Positions 53,331-63,424 of a stretch of 64,000 nucleotides of DNA are shown here, piece by piece. The stretch lies in the IMG/VR virus record IMGVR_UViG_3300009059_000716, positions 30,823 to 94,822 of that record. The stretch is one strand, 5' to 3'. The stretch is from a virus. The notes under the pieces were generated by a model, which made no database searches, was not told where the DNA came from, and worked only from the letters and a program-made list of their open reading frames with translations. Within the stretch, counting starts at the first letter, position 1. Each line of letters begins with the position of its first letter. A program made the position numbers and the translations under genes.

Positions 53331-55141
53331 TGGCAGAAGAAAGAGACATAAAGTATATTAATAAAGACTTTTCTGATTTTAGAAATCAATTAGTGGAGTA
53401 CGCTAAAAACTACTTTCCTGATAGCTACAACGATTTTTCTCCTACCTCACCCGGTATGATGTTTATCGAAATGGCTTCTTATGTTGGAGATGTACTGTCC
53501 TTTTACCAGGACACCCAGCTTCAAGAAACATACTTAACCTATGCTAAAGACCCTAAAAACCTATATGCTTTAGCATATATGATGGGATATAAACCTAAAG
53601 TAACCGGAGTAGCAGAAGTCGATATCGAGATCTCACAGATTATAGATGCTACCGGTGGTAGTTATAACCCTAACTGGGATCAAGCAGCAATTTTACAGCC
53701 AAACGCTATTCTAAGATCCACCGATAGCTCACAAACTTCATTTATTATTGAACAGAGAGTAGACTTTTCTTATTCAAGCTCTTTCGATCCAACAGATGTT
53801 ATAATAAACAGCTTAGATTATTCAAACCTTCCAGAAAGCTACAAACTTACTAAAACAGTTAAAGCTATTTCAGGAGAAGTAAAAACTACTACACAAGCTA
53901 TAACTTCTGTAGAAAAGTTTAAAACCATAACTATTCAAGATAGTAATATAGTTAGGATATTAGAAGTAACTGACTCCGATAATAACGTATGGTACGAAGT
54001 TCCTTTTTTAGGTCAAGATACAATTTATGTTGATGAAGAGGCTACCTTTTCTACATCTAATGGACTACCACATACATTAAGTTTAAGAAAAGTTCCAAGA
54101 AGATTTGTTTCTAGGTTTCTTTCTAGCGGGTATTTACAACTTCAATTCGGAGCCGGTACAAATAGTAGTGATGATTCCGTTATATTACCCGACCCGTCAA
54201 ATTTAAATATAGGGAATAATAATGCAGATAGTACAATAGATAGAGCTTTTGATCCATCTAACTTTCTATATAGTAAATCTTACGGTATCGCACCTAGTAA
54301 TACCACATTAACAATTAAATACCTCACAGGTGGAGGAGTAACTGCTAACGTTCCTGCTAATACAATCACAGTAGCATCTAATGTAACAATATCTCCATCA
54401 TTTGCAACACTCACCTACAACAACCCTAAACCAGCAGCTGGAGGAAGAGATGGTGATACTGTAGAAGAATTAAGACAAAATTCTTTAAGAGCTTTCAACG
54501 AGCAAAATAGAGCAGTAACACTACAGGATTACACAGTAAGAGCATTATCATTACCTGGAAAATTTGGAAGTATAGCTAAAGCTTATGCTACTCAAGATCA
54601 ATTAACCAACACAAACAGCGTAGATTCAGTTCTATTAGACAATAACCCACTAGCTATTTCACTTTATGTACTATCTTACGATGTAAACAAAAAACTAGTT
54701 CAAGGCTCTGTAAAATTAAAAGAGAATTTAAAAACATACCTTTCTGAGTATATGCTACTCACAGACTCTATAAACATTAAAGACGCATTTATAGTAAATA
54801 TTGGCGTAAATTACGATATTATAGTGAGACCAGATTATAGCGGTAGAGATGTGCTCCTTAACTGTAACATAAAATTACAAGAGTTATTTAATATTACCAA
54901 ATGGACAATTAACCAACCGGTGAACTTATCGCAAATTTACTCTACTTTAGATAAAGTAAAAGGAGTACAAACAATACAGAATATAGAAGTAGTAAATAAA
55001 GCAGGAGGAAACTATAGTGCTTTCGGTTATGATGTAAAAGGAGCAACAAGAAATAACGTAGTTTACCCTTCTTATGATCCTTGTATATTTGAAGTAAAAT
55101 TCCCAGAACAGGATATTAAAGGAAGAATAACAACATTATAA
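53330..55141 (+). CDS. Baseplate wedge protein, T4 gp6/baseplate J-like
   Basis: KDFSDFR..L, YVGDVLSFYQD, LQFGAG, GGRDGDT, QNRAVTLQDY. Confidence 0.9.
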   Translation: MAEERDIKYINKDFSDFRNQLVEYAKNYFPDSYNDFSPTSPGMMFIEMASYVGDVLSFYQDTQLQETYLTYAKDPKNLYALAYMMGYKPKVTGVAEVDIEISQIIDATGGSYNPNWDQAAILQPNAILRSTDSSQTSFIIEQRVDFSYSSSFDPTDVIINSLDYSNLPESYKLTKTVKAISGEVKTTTQAITSVEKFKTITIQDSNIVRILEVTDSDNNVWYEVPFLGQDTIYVDEEATFSTSNGLPHTLSLRKVPRRFVSRFLSSGYLQLQFGAGTNSSDDSVILPDPSNLNIGNNNADSTIDRAFDPSNFLYSKSYGIAPSNTTLTIKYLTGGGVTANVPANTITVASNVTISPSFATLTYNNPKPAAGGRDGDTVEELRQNSLRAFNEQNRAVTLQDYTVRALSLPGKFGSIAKAYATQDQLTNTNSVDSVLLDNNPLAISLYVLSYDVNKKLVQGSVKLKENLKTYLSEYMLLTDSINIKDAFIVNIGVNYDIIVRPDYSGRDVLLNCNIKLQELFNITKWTINQPVNLSQIYSTLDKVKGVQTIQNIEVVNKAGGNYSAFGYDVKGATRNNVVYPSYDPCIFEVKFPEQDIKGRITTL

Positions 55142-55142
55142 T

Positions 55143-56261
55143 ATGGCAGTATATAAAATATTTCCCGATAAAGATACATTTATCTACACTGAAGTACCGA
55201 TTGCGAATGCAGGGTATGACGAGATGTTAGAGATAGGAGGTTATAATATATCTGAAGTACCGCAAATGTCTAGGATACTTTTACATTTTGCCGATAGAGA
55301 GGTTAATGATGTTGTATCTAATAAGATAGGATCTACCGAATATAGCGCCAGCCTTAACCTAAAGATAGCTACTGCATATGAAACACCTATATCCCACTCG
55401 GTTTATGCCTATCCGGTGTATGAATATTGGGACGGTGGAGTAGGTAAGTATGGAGACTACCCATGGGATTTATCCGGGGCTGCTTGGAGATATGCACTAG
55501 AACAAAGTAAGGGATCTTGGACTTTACCTCACAATACCGTTAACATGCCAGCCTACGTTACAGGTTCGTACCTTGAAGGGTATCCCGGAGGAGGAAACTG
55601 GTATACAGGTTCTAATGGTATTAGTTTAGAATCTAGTCAAAGCTTTGAAGTAAATGATAGTGTAGACCTAGATTTAAACGTTACTGAGGCAGTTAAATTA
55701 ATGTATACAGGAAGTATATCAAATAACGGATTTATACTCAAATTTCCATCGGATATAGAGTTTGATATTACATCTTCTGTTAGACATAAATTTTATAGCG
55801 CAAATACAAATACAATATATCCTCCAACTTTAGACTTAAAATGGGACGATAGTTCATACCTTACTGGAAGCCTAGATGTATTAGGAACAGATATTGCCGA
55901 AATTGATATCACCAATAATAAAGGACAATATCCAGATATAGGTAAACAAAGATTTAGATTACTAGCTAGACCTAAATTCCCAGTAAGAACATTTACAACT
56001 AGTTCAGTATACAAAACTAATTACGCTTTACCTCAAGAATCATACTGGGGGTTGAAAGATGAATTTACAGAAGAGATGGTCATACCTTTTGATGACGAGT
56101 TTACAAAAATATCTTGTGATGAAAAAGGTTCCTACTTTGATATATACATGGATGGATTACAACCAGAGAGGTACTATAGGGTATTAGTTAAGTCCGTAAT
56201 AGATGGAACAACAGCAGTCATTAATAAAGATAACGTATTTAAGGTAGTTAGAAATGGCTAA
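55143..56261 (+). CDS. Virion structural protein (beta-rich)
   Basis: KDTFIY..SRILLHF..NNGFILK..TIYPPTL; context. Confidence 0.65.
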   Translation: MAVYKIFPDKDTFIYTEVPIANAGYDEMLEIGGYNISEVPQMSRILLHFADREVNDVVSNKIGSTEYSASLNLKIATAYETPISHSVYAYPVYEYWDGGVGKYGDYPWDLSGAAWRYALEQSKGSWTLPHNTVNMPAYVTGSYLEGYPGGGNWYTGSNGISLESSQSFEVNDSVDLDLNVTEAVKLMYTGSISNNGFILKFPSDIEFDITSSVRHKFYSANTNTIYPPTLDLKWDDSSYLTGSLDVLGTDIAEIDITNNKGQYPDIGKQRFRLLARPKFPVRTFTTSSVYKTNYALPQESYWGLKDEFTEEMVIPFDDEFTKISCDEKGSYFDIYMDGLQPERYYRVLVKSVIDGTTAVINKDNVFKVVRNG

Positions 56262-56613
56262 TGAAATAAAAATACATAAGACGGTTCTAAAAAAGGACGA
56301 ATTTAATAAAGTTGTTGATTCTAACTTTTCTACATTTGTAGATCCCGTAGTTGAAGTTAATAACGATACTGTAGCTGAATTTTTTAGACTATACAGTAAA
56401 TTATATTATGAGATTCCAATTGAAGGAGAAGCTAATTCACATACTTACTTATTAAAAGAAAGTTCTAAATTAGTAGATTTAGAAAAAGACCTTACAGATG
56501 TACAACCGTTACTAGATGAGATAACAGAACTTAGAGAAAGATTATTGGTTATAAATCAAGAAAAGATTGAAATACAGACACAGGCTATAACAGATGCAGC
56601 AAACAACGTATAA
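56254..56613 (+). CDS. Hypothetical structural-module protein
   Basis: Coupled ORF. Confidence 0.65.
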   Translation: MANEIKIHKTVLKKDEFNKVVDSNFSTFVDPVVEVNNDTVAEFFRLYSKLYYEIPIEGEANSHTYLLKESSKLVDLEKDLTDVQPLLDEITELRERLLVINQEKIEIQTQAITDAANNV

Positions 56614-59563
56614 GACTTTTTTAGTAGACACTACTAATGAACAACAGGAATACCAAAGTAGAGATGTCGAGCTAGTTACTAGTTACGATATTAACTCTGT
56701 ATTTATCCCTGAAAAACATAATATAGAACTTCACGTATACTCTATAGACGGAGAACTTTTAGAATCTAACCACAATTACGTAGACCAGTCGTACCTACAG
56801 GGATCAGAAACCTCTGGGACAAAAGGTGCGTCAAAACTTACACTTAACCCAGAACAAGACGCCTTAAATCTGGGGTACGAATACGGGGGAATAAGACTTA
56901 GTTATAATTTCCTAGATAATTTATTTTCTGAGTTAAAATCAAATGTAGACTTTTTCATTGAAGAAATCTCCCCGGACAGAACAGAAGTAAGGCTCCTAAC
57001 AACAAAGCTAACAGATGATCAGATAACTACATTTGTAGAAGCAATACAGGTTAAATTAAACTCAACCTCTTACCTATCTGATTTCAGGTTAAATTTTAAA
57101 AAAAATAACCTACTAATAGGGGTTAATATTAGTACCCAAAATTATAAAAACAGTAAGTCAGTAATAGTAAAATTATACGAACCTCTTCCTGCAAGACACA
57201 CCGTAAAAGATATACTAACATTAGAAGAAGTAATATCAGATACAGTTACTTTTGAAATAGAAGCTGAATCAGTTACCGATGAAATAAAAGTACCTTACCT
57301 TAAAGGTCCGAATTTTAGTCTAGATCTTTCTGAAGAGAGTACAATACCTTCTCAATACCTTAACTACGAAGAACTATTTAACTTTCCTACAAATAACACT
57401 TATAGAGAGTTAAGATCTTTGTTTGAAGAGAAGAGTATTAATATTAGTATAGACTATACAGATTACGAAAATTTTATTCAATTTTCATCTGCAGACGAAA
57501 GATTAAGAAACTTTAAATATAAACTTGATCTTATAGAGAACTACCAAAGCTATTTAGATTCAACCGGTAGTTTAAATGTAGACAATACATATTACGAAGG
57601 ATTAATCAACAACATCCTTCAGAACTTCGACCATTACGATAGACACCTATACTATGAAAGCGGTTCAACATCATGGCCTAAATCTAATACAACAAAACCC
57701 TATGTAAACACTACCGGACCGGCAACAGGATCCTGGTGGAATACTCAAATAGGAACAGCAATACTGTTTGATCAACAAAACCCTAACCGGTTACTAAACA
57801 CTGTACCTACATACCTTAGAGAAGATTCTAACAATGAACCTTATAATGTATTCCTAAATATGTTAGGGCAGCATTTTGATAACTTATGGATATACTCAAA
57901 AGCTGTAACAGATAAGTACGACGCTGATAACAGACTTGATAAAGGTATTTCTAAAGATCTTATTCAAGACGCTCTTAAAAACTTTGGTTTAAAGTTATAC
58001 ACAAGCAATAAGTCTACCGAAGATCTATTTAAAACTTTTACCGGTGAATTTTACCAACCAGGGGAAGAAGTTGTTAATACATTTATAACCGCTTCTACTA
58101 GCCCTACTTCCGAAGAAAATTATAGAAGAGAAGTATACAAAAGACTGTACCATAACTTACCTTTACTTTTAAAATCTAAAGGAACAGAAAGAGCTGCAAG
58201 AGTACTTTTAAATAGTTTTGGTGTACCTACTTTAAACAGCGATGGAGCCCATAAAGGACTTTATATTAGAACTCAAGGTGGGCAAAGAACAGACGGCTCT
58301 ATTAACTTAGGACCACAGCAACAATCTACTAGTTCGTTAGCCAATATTAAAATAGACAGTACCGGAAGTATTATATCCGGTAGTACATTATCTATATATA
58401 CATCAATTAATAAAAGACCAACCGAGTTTACAGACCAAGTACACTCTGTGGAAATAGGATACTCAGTAGCTGAATATCAAAATGATCAAATTTACACTGC
58501 TTTAACAGCCAGCGGATTTAATATTGATGATATTATAGGAGACCCAGGTCTTGCTTTTTCGAGCAGTTACCAAGCATTAAATAACCAAGCTAACTCTATA
58601 CTAAAAAGCAATACATATAACCTACAGGAGTTTACAAGACTATTAAAATTCTACGATAACGTAGTATTTAAAATGGTTAAAGACTTTGTACCCGCTAGAT
58701 CAAACACAGAAACAGGTATTGTAGTAAAACCTCACCTACTTGAAAGAAATAAAGTAAAACAAGTTCAAGGTACATTTACTAATGATATTATAACCGGTTC
58801 AATTACAGTAGGAAACTATAGTGGCAGCCATGGTAAATCATTTGGAAGTAGTGTAGAAAAAACTACAAACTATAGTTCTAGTTATATGACTTCAGGAGGA
58901 ATAGCCCCTAAAAAAGATCATTTATTAGAACAAGCAAAATTTAACGGAGAATTATCAGGAAGCCAAATCACTGTTTCACAAACAGATTTTTACCCTATTA
59001 ATCCATTTAAATACGCATATTCTACCGGTGTTAAATATAAACTCGGTATCATCCAGTACGAAGAACCTCCAACACCAACTCCAACTAGTACACCTACTCA
59101 AACTCCAACACCTACCCCTACTAATGCGGTGATAGTTCCTTCTGCTACTCCAACAGGTACTCCAACTCCTACTCCGACAACTGTAGGACAAACATACCAG
59201 ATAGGGCTAAATGTCTTATTAGCAGTACTAGAAGCAGGTGAGTGCCCGACATATGTAGCTACATATACCGATACAAACGGACAAAGTGGACCGTTAACTT
59301 CATTTAGTGCACTAGTTCCTTGCTCCTCAAGTGTGTTTAAACTTAGAAATGCGCCAAGCCCTTCCTTTTATTCGATAGCTACAGTTAGCAGAACTCAACC
59401 TGATTCAACAGTTGCAGATTTTACAACTATACAGTTTGTAAGAAATAACACAGTAGAATATACAAGATTCATAGCAGTAGATAACCCTGTTACTTCTATT
59501 TCGTACCAATTCAACAATGTTAACCCGGAAGATGAATTAGACATAATAATATCAGAAGGGTAG
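56594..59563 (+). CDS. Large baseplate/tail protein with Pro-Thr linker
   Basis: EISPDRTE, GQHFDNLW, LLKSKGTER, VPARS, EPPTPTPT linker. Confidence 0.7.
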   Translation: MQQTTYKTFLVDTTNEQQEYQSRDVELVTSYDINSVFIPEKHNIELHVYSIDGELLESNHNYVDQSYLQGSETSGTKGASKLTLNPEQDALNLGYEYGGIRLSYNFLDNLFSELKSNVDFFIEEISPDRTEVRLLTTKLTDDQITTFVEAIQVKLNSTSYLSDFRLNFKKNNLLIGVNISTQNYKNSKSVIVKLYEPLPARHTVKDILTLEEVISDTVTFEIEAESVTDEIKVPYLKGPNFSLDLSEESTIPSQYLNYEELFNFPTNNTYRELRSLFEEKSINISIDYTDYENFIQFSSADERLRNFKYKLDLIENYQSYLDSTGSLNVDNTYYEGLINNILQNFDHYDRHLYYESGSTSWPKSNTTKPYVNTTGPATGSWWNTQIGTAILFDQQNPNRLLNTVPTYLREDSNNEPYNVFLNMLGQHFDNLWIYSKAVTDKYDADNRLDKGISKDLIQDALKNFGLKLYTSNKSTEDLFKTFTGEFYQPGEEVVNTFITASTSPTSEENYRREVYKRLYHNLPLLLKSKGTERAARVLLNSFGVPTLNSDGAHKGLYIRTQGGQRTDGSINLGPQQQSTSSLANIKIDSTGSIISGSTLSIYTSINKRPTEFTDQVHSVEIGYSVAEYQNDQIYTALTASGFNIDDIIGDPGLAFSSSYQALNNQANSILKSNTYNLQEFTRLLKFYDNVVFKMVKDFVPARSNTETGIVVKPHLLERNKVKQVQGTFTNDIITGSITVGNYSGSHGKSFGSSVEKTTNYSSSYMTSGGIAPKKDHLLEQAKFNGELSGSQITVSQTDFYPINPFKYAYSTGVKYKLGIIQYEEPPTPTPTSTPTQTPTPTPTNAVIVPSATPTGTPTPTPTTVGQTYQIGLNVLLAVLEAGECPTYVATYTDTNGQSGPLTSFSALVPCSSSVFKLRNAPSPSFYSIATVSRTQPDSTVADFTTIQFVRNNTVEYTRFIAVDNPVTSISYQFNNVNPEDELDIIISEG

Positions 59564-59590
59564 TTAAAAATCTAATACTATAGATAACAA

Positions 59591-60817
59591 ATGACATTAG
59601 AAGATTTTAAAATAAACACACCAGAACCAGGACAGATACTAATCCTGAGAGATGATTTGTACCAAGTTAAGGGTATAACTATCCACCGTACCGATTGTTC
59701 TCTTAGTTCATATGATTCTAGTTTAAATCAACTTACTGGTCTAACTATTCAAATAGGACCTGGCTTTGTAGTGGAGATTAATAGTGTTACTAAATACGGT
59801 TCGTACTACTATTTGGACGTAGTGCCATTTGAATTTCTAGAAGAACCAAATGAAGAAGTTTGTGAAACTATACTTTTGGAACCTTTTAATGAAAATGTTT
59901 CTTTAGACTTCAGAAACTCAGTATTTTACCCGCTATATAATAATGTACCAGAAACTCTAACTCAAGCAGCTATAGACACTATCTATAAGGGTAAAATTGA
60001 AATAAGAAGAGGTAAAAATATATATGATGTAGATAGAAAGAACGATGCAATAGTACCTACTAATATTACTAATATATTAGAAGATACTGCAAACCTAGCT
60101 GAGTTCCCTGAATCAAATTATTCTTCACTTTCCAACATAACAGGTAGGTACCTAGGGAGCAAGACATCAATATCAGATTACGGAACAAATCCATCACTAG
60201 GTTTAATACAGGTTGATGCAAGTATATTTAATACATCTATTACTAACAGTACTATATGTTCACAGTCCCTTAGCGATCTAGTGATAACTGAGGCAAGTTT
60301 TGATTCAACATACAATACAAAACCAAGTTCAAATTTAATCCCTACTGCTTCTAGAGGAGGTTTAGATGGATTTATAAACGGAACTACCTCATCTTTTGCT
60401 TCTATAACTAATACACAAACAGAAATGGAATTTACAATTCCAAATGAAAATGTGTATAAGTTGAAACCTGGAGCAATAGTATACTTAACCAACAACACAC
60501 AAGTAGATTATGTAGAGGTAACAAAAGTATCCGTAGTTGGACCACAGACTGGGTGGAATAGAACTATATTTAACGTTACCGTAACAAGAGGTATAGATGG
60601 AACATCTACAGCAATGGATGGAGTTTTTAACGCTCCTGGAAGCGGACAGTATGAAATAATAAGCATCCGGTTTATAGATAGTGACACCCTATATACATAC
60701 GAAGGAAGTAAACCGATTACAATATCAAATAAAAAGGTATATTTTCCTGCATCCGGTGAAATTTATAAAGTAGGCCCTAAAGGAAGAATACTTTATGGAG
60801 TAGGAACCTGTAATTAA
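59591..60817 (+). CDS. Tail/baseplate-associated protein
   Basis: Context; VTRGIDGT motif. Confidence 0.6.
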   Translation: MTLEDFKINTPEPGQILILRDDLYQVKGITIHRTDCSLSSYDSSLNQLTGLTIQIGPGFVVEINSVTKYGSYYYLDVVPFEFLEEPNEEVCETILLEPFNENVSLDFRNSVFYPLYNNVPETLTQAAIDTIYKGKIEIRRGKNIYDVDRKNDAIVPTNITNILEDTANLAEFPESNYSSLSNITGRYLGSKTSISDYGTNPSLGLIQVDASIFNTSITNSTICSQSLSDLVITEASFDSTYNTKPSSNLIPTASRGGLDGFINGTTSSFASITNTQTEMEFTIPNENVYKLKPGAIVYLTNNTQVDYVEVTKVSVVGPQTGWNRTIFNVTVTRGIDGTSTAMDGVFNAPGSGQYEIISIRFIDSDTLYTYEGSKPITISNKKVYFPASGEIYKVGPKGRILYGVGTCN

Positions 60818-60855
60818 AAATAAAAATCATATATTTATATTAAACAACATTTAAA

Positions 60856-61515
60856 ATGGGATATTTAAATAACGCAGTCGTAACAGTCGATGCAATTTTA
60901 ACTAAAAAAGGTAGAGAGCTACTCGCTAGAGGTGATGGTTCTTTTAAGATTACACAATTTGCCTTATCCGATGATGAAATCGATTACACTTTGTATAATC
61001 CTTCTCACCCATCTGGATCGGCATTTTACGGAGAGGCTATAGAAAATATGCCATTACTAGAAGCATTCCCTGATGAGAATCAGATTATGAAATACAAGCT
61101 TGCTACCCTACCAAGAGGTACTTCTAAATTACCAATCTTACAAGCTGGGTACTCTGCAATAGTTTTAAAACAAGGAGCTTCTCTAGCGATTACTCCACAA
61201 ACATTAAACTACTTAGGAGCTACTTCTACTTTCGAAACAGGAGGGTATACAGCACAGATTGCTGATACAAGAGTACTTTCTAACTTTACCGGTGTTGGTA
61301 TTAATACTGAGGAAGCTGAGAGACTAAACAGTACTACTACAGTAGGGACAAACGTTTCTAAGACAGTAATAGGGACTTCTATTAACCTAACTGGTACAAC
61401 AGTAAATACTTTATTCGGTACAAGAACACAACTACAGACTACTATTACACTTATTGGTAGAGATTCTGGAGCTAGAATAACTATCCCGGTAACTATTCAA
61501 AAAGTAAATAACTAA
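60856..61515 (+). CDS. Virion structural protein
   Basis: MGYLNN..VDAILTKKGRELLA..FALSDDEIDY..P.LEA. Confidence 0.7.
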   Translation: MGYLNNAVVTVDAILTKKGRELLARGDGSFKITQFALSDDEIDYTLYNPSHPSGSAFYGEAIENMPLLEAFPDENQIMKYKLATLPRGTSKLPILQAGYSAIVLKQGASLAITPQTLNYLGATSTFETGGYTAQIADTRVLSNFTGVGINTEEAERLNSTTTVGTNVSKTVIGTSINLTGTTVNTLFGTRTQLQTTITLIGRDSGARITIPVTIQKVNN

Positions 61516-61520
61516 GAGAT

Positions 61521-62513
61521 ATGGCATTCAAAAGATTCGATACAGAAGATATAGTAGTAAGCTCAGATTCAATTTCTTCACCAGCGTGGAGTAATAATCA
61601 AGTAACACTAACTACATTCGCTTACAACCCAGACCAAATCGGTACAGGTTCAGCAGGTGGACAGTATTATTGGAATGTTTACCAAACAGGCTCTACAGAC
61701 CAAGCAGCAGCAATTCAGTTTTCCATTGCATATGGTAACAGATTCGGTTCAGGGTCAATACCATATAATGCAGCAGTTCCGGGAAAATCACCTTCGGCTA
61801 CAATTTACGGTCAATATAGAACCCTTATTAATGGAGATGAGAACACAGACTTTCAGTTTGGAACTTCAACACCAAATAGTGTATTCTTCATTTCAGTAGA
61901 AAGAGCGAGATTTAAAGAAAAAATTCTCCCAGGTTCTTTAACCTTGGTACTAGAAAATAGCAGCAGTATTTCCCTTACAGACAATAGTGTGACTGCTTCT
62001 GTAGATACATATAAAGATAGCGGTAGAGAATACTTAATTTATTCTGGGGCAGCAGGACAGATATACAGTGATGCTAAAGTATACGGTAAATTATACCCAG
62101 ATGTTGGAATAGTAGTACTCAATGGAGATTTATTAGAAAGTGACGGTGCTTTACCGACTATTGATTTAACTAACGATCTAACAGGTTCAGCTTTTCAAGG
62201 TAATAAATCTGTACTTTTTAATTCAATTGAAGCAGGACAGAGCTTTACGTTAAGAGCAGAGGAGACACTATCTTCTAATTACGTATTTGTTAGAGCACGT
62301 AACAGTGAGTTCAATTACTCAACTAACCCTTCTAACATTTCAGGTTCGGGAGAATTACAACACAGTAGTATGATTGATACTCCACAAGCTTATATCACAG
62401 CAGTTGGATTGTACAACGATAATAATGAACTATTAGCAGTAAGTAAACTATCAACACCGTTACTAAAAGATTTTACAAAAGAAGCACTTATTAGAATCAA
62501 ACTAGACTACTAG
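61521..62513 (+). CDS. Virion structural protein
   Basis: EFNYSTNPS, YITAVGLYNDNNELLAVSKLSTPL..KLDY. Confidence 0.7.
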   Translation: MAFKRFDTEDIVVSSDSISSPAWSNNQVTLTTFAYNPDQIGTGSAGGQYYWNVYQTGSTDQAAAIQFSIAYGNRFGSGSIPYNAAVPGKSPSATIYGQYRTLINGDENTDFQFGTSTPNSVFFISVERARFKEKILPGSLTLVLENSSSISLTDNSVTASVDTYKDSGREYLIYSGAAGQIYSDAKVYGKLYPDVGIVVLNGDLLESDGALPTIDLTNDLTGSAFQGNKSVLFNSIEAGQSFTLRAEETLSSNYVFVRARNSEFNYSTNPSNISGSGELQHSSMIDTPQAYITAVGLYNDNNELLAVSKLSTPLLKDFTKEALIRIKLDY

Positions 62514-62515
62514 AA

Positions 62516-62797
62516 ATGAGTGTTTGGAAAAAGTTAAATAAGCAGGATGCATTTGTTACAACATATGTAGCAAAAAAAAGATGGACGTTATCCGGAGATG
62601 ATCTAGAATCAGCTGGAGTAAAACTATTACCTGCTTATGCTAGCTTTAGTACAAATATAGAAAGTTTTGTAGAAGCACCACAATACTTATTTCAGGTGCA
62701 GGGAGTATCGTTAGGTGATACATGCTTAGTAGCAGTTGAAGGCGTTTCCTTAGATATATGCGAAATAATACTTTCAGGTTCGGTAGTAACAACATAA
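62516..62797 (+). CDS. Hypothetical structural-module protein
   Basis: Tight packing. Confidence 0.6.
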   Translation: MSVWKKLNKQDAFVTTYVAKKRWTLSGDDLESAGVKLLPAYASFSTNIESFVEAPQYLFQVQGVSLGDTCLVAVEGVSLDICEIILSGSVVTT

Positions 62798-62806
62798 AGA
62801 GAAAAA

Positions 62807-63406
62807 ATGGCTCAAACAATTAAAATAAACAAAGTAGCATTCGGTACAGAGGTTATCGATACACATGTTTATAAAGTAACATATATAGACTCTCAGACAG
62901 GTGAAGTAACTATGACTCAACCTGCTTTTATATCTGCAGGACAAATCAGAACAGGAAAAGCAGTAGTAGTGGTAAGAGACCCGGATGTTAGAGAAGCACT
63001 ATTAACCTGTCAAACAGGTAAATGCTTCGAAAAAACATTTCCTGTAAGTTGGCAGTCGCTCTCGTGTAACTTTACTATATTATTAGATGAACCAACAGCC
63101 GCTCCTACACCTTTTCCAACGGCTAGTCCAACGGCAACGCCAACACCGACTGTAAGTCCTACAAGTACACCAACAGGAACCCCTGCATCAACACCAAACA
63201 GTACACCAGCTAGTACTCCTGCATCAACACCAAACAGTACACCAGCTAGTACTCCTGCATCAACACCAAACAGTACACCAGCTAGTACTCCTGCATCAAC
63301 ACCAACGGCGACATCAACGCCTACCCCTACTAGTACACCAACACCAACACCAACAGGAACTCCTCCGCCTAATTGTGACCTTACAGGAAAAATAACAGCA
63401 TCTTAA
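62807..63406 (+). CDS. Pro/Thr/Ser-rich (mucin-like) putative virion protein
   Basis: PASTPNSTPAST repeats flanked by Cys. Confidence 0.65.
   Translation: MAQTIKINKVAFGTEVIDTHVYKVTYIDSQTGEVTMTQPAFISAGQIRTGKAVVVVRDPDVREALLTCQTGKCFEKTFPVSWQSLSCNFTILLDEPTAAPTPFPTASPTATPTPTVSPTSTPTGTPASTPNSTPASTPASTPNSTPASTPASTPNSTPASTPASTPTATSTPTPTSTPTPTPTGTPPPNCDLTGKITAS
63182..63305 (+). repeat. Perfect 36-bp tandem repeat x3.4
   Basis: CCTGCATCAACACCAAACAGTACACCAGCTAGTACT at 63182, 63218, 63254, partial at 63290. Confidence 0.9.
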
Positions 63407-63424
63407 GATAAAATATAATAAATA

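Noticed and set aside
53330-55141. Baseplate protein C-terminus RITTL as another member of the C-terminal tag set
   Set aside because: Polar residue at -1 and the terminus appears to be part of the conserved fold; treated as background
2253-60498. Minus-strand and nested ORFs in the track (e.g. 10724-11242, 51712-52260, 60178-60498, 2275-2493)
   Set aside because: Shadows of well-supported + strand genes with no motifs or promoters; only 45794-46219 is retained
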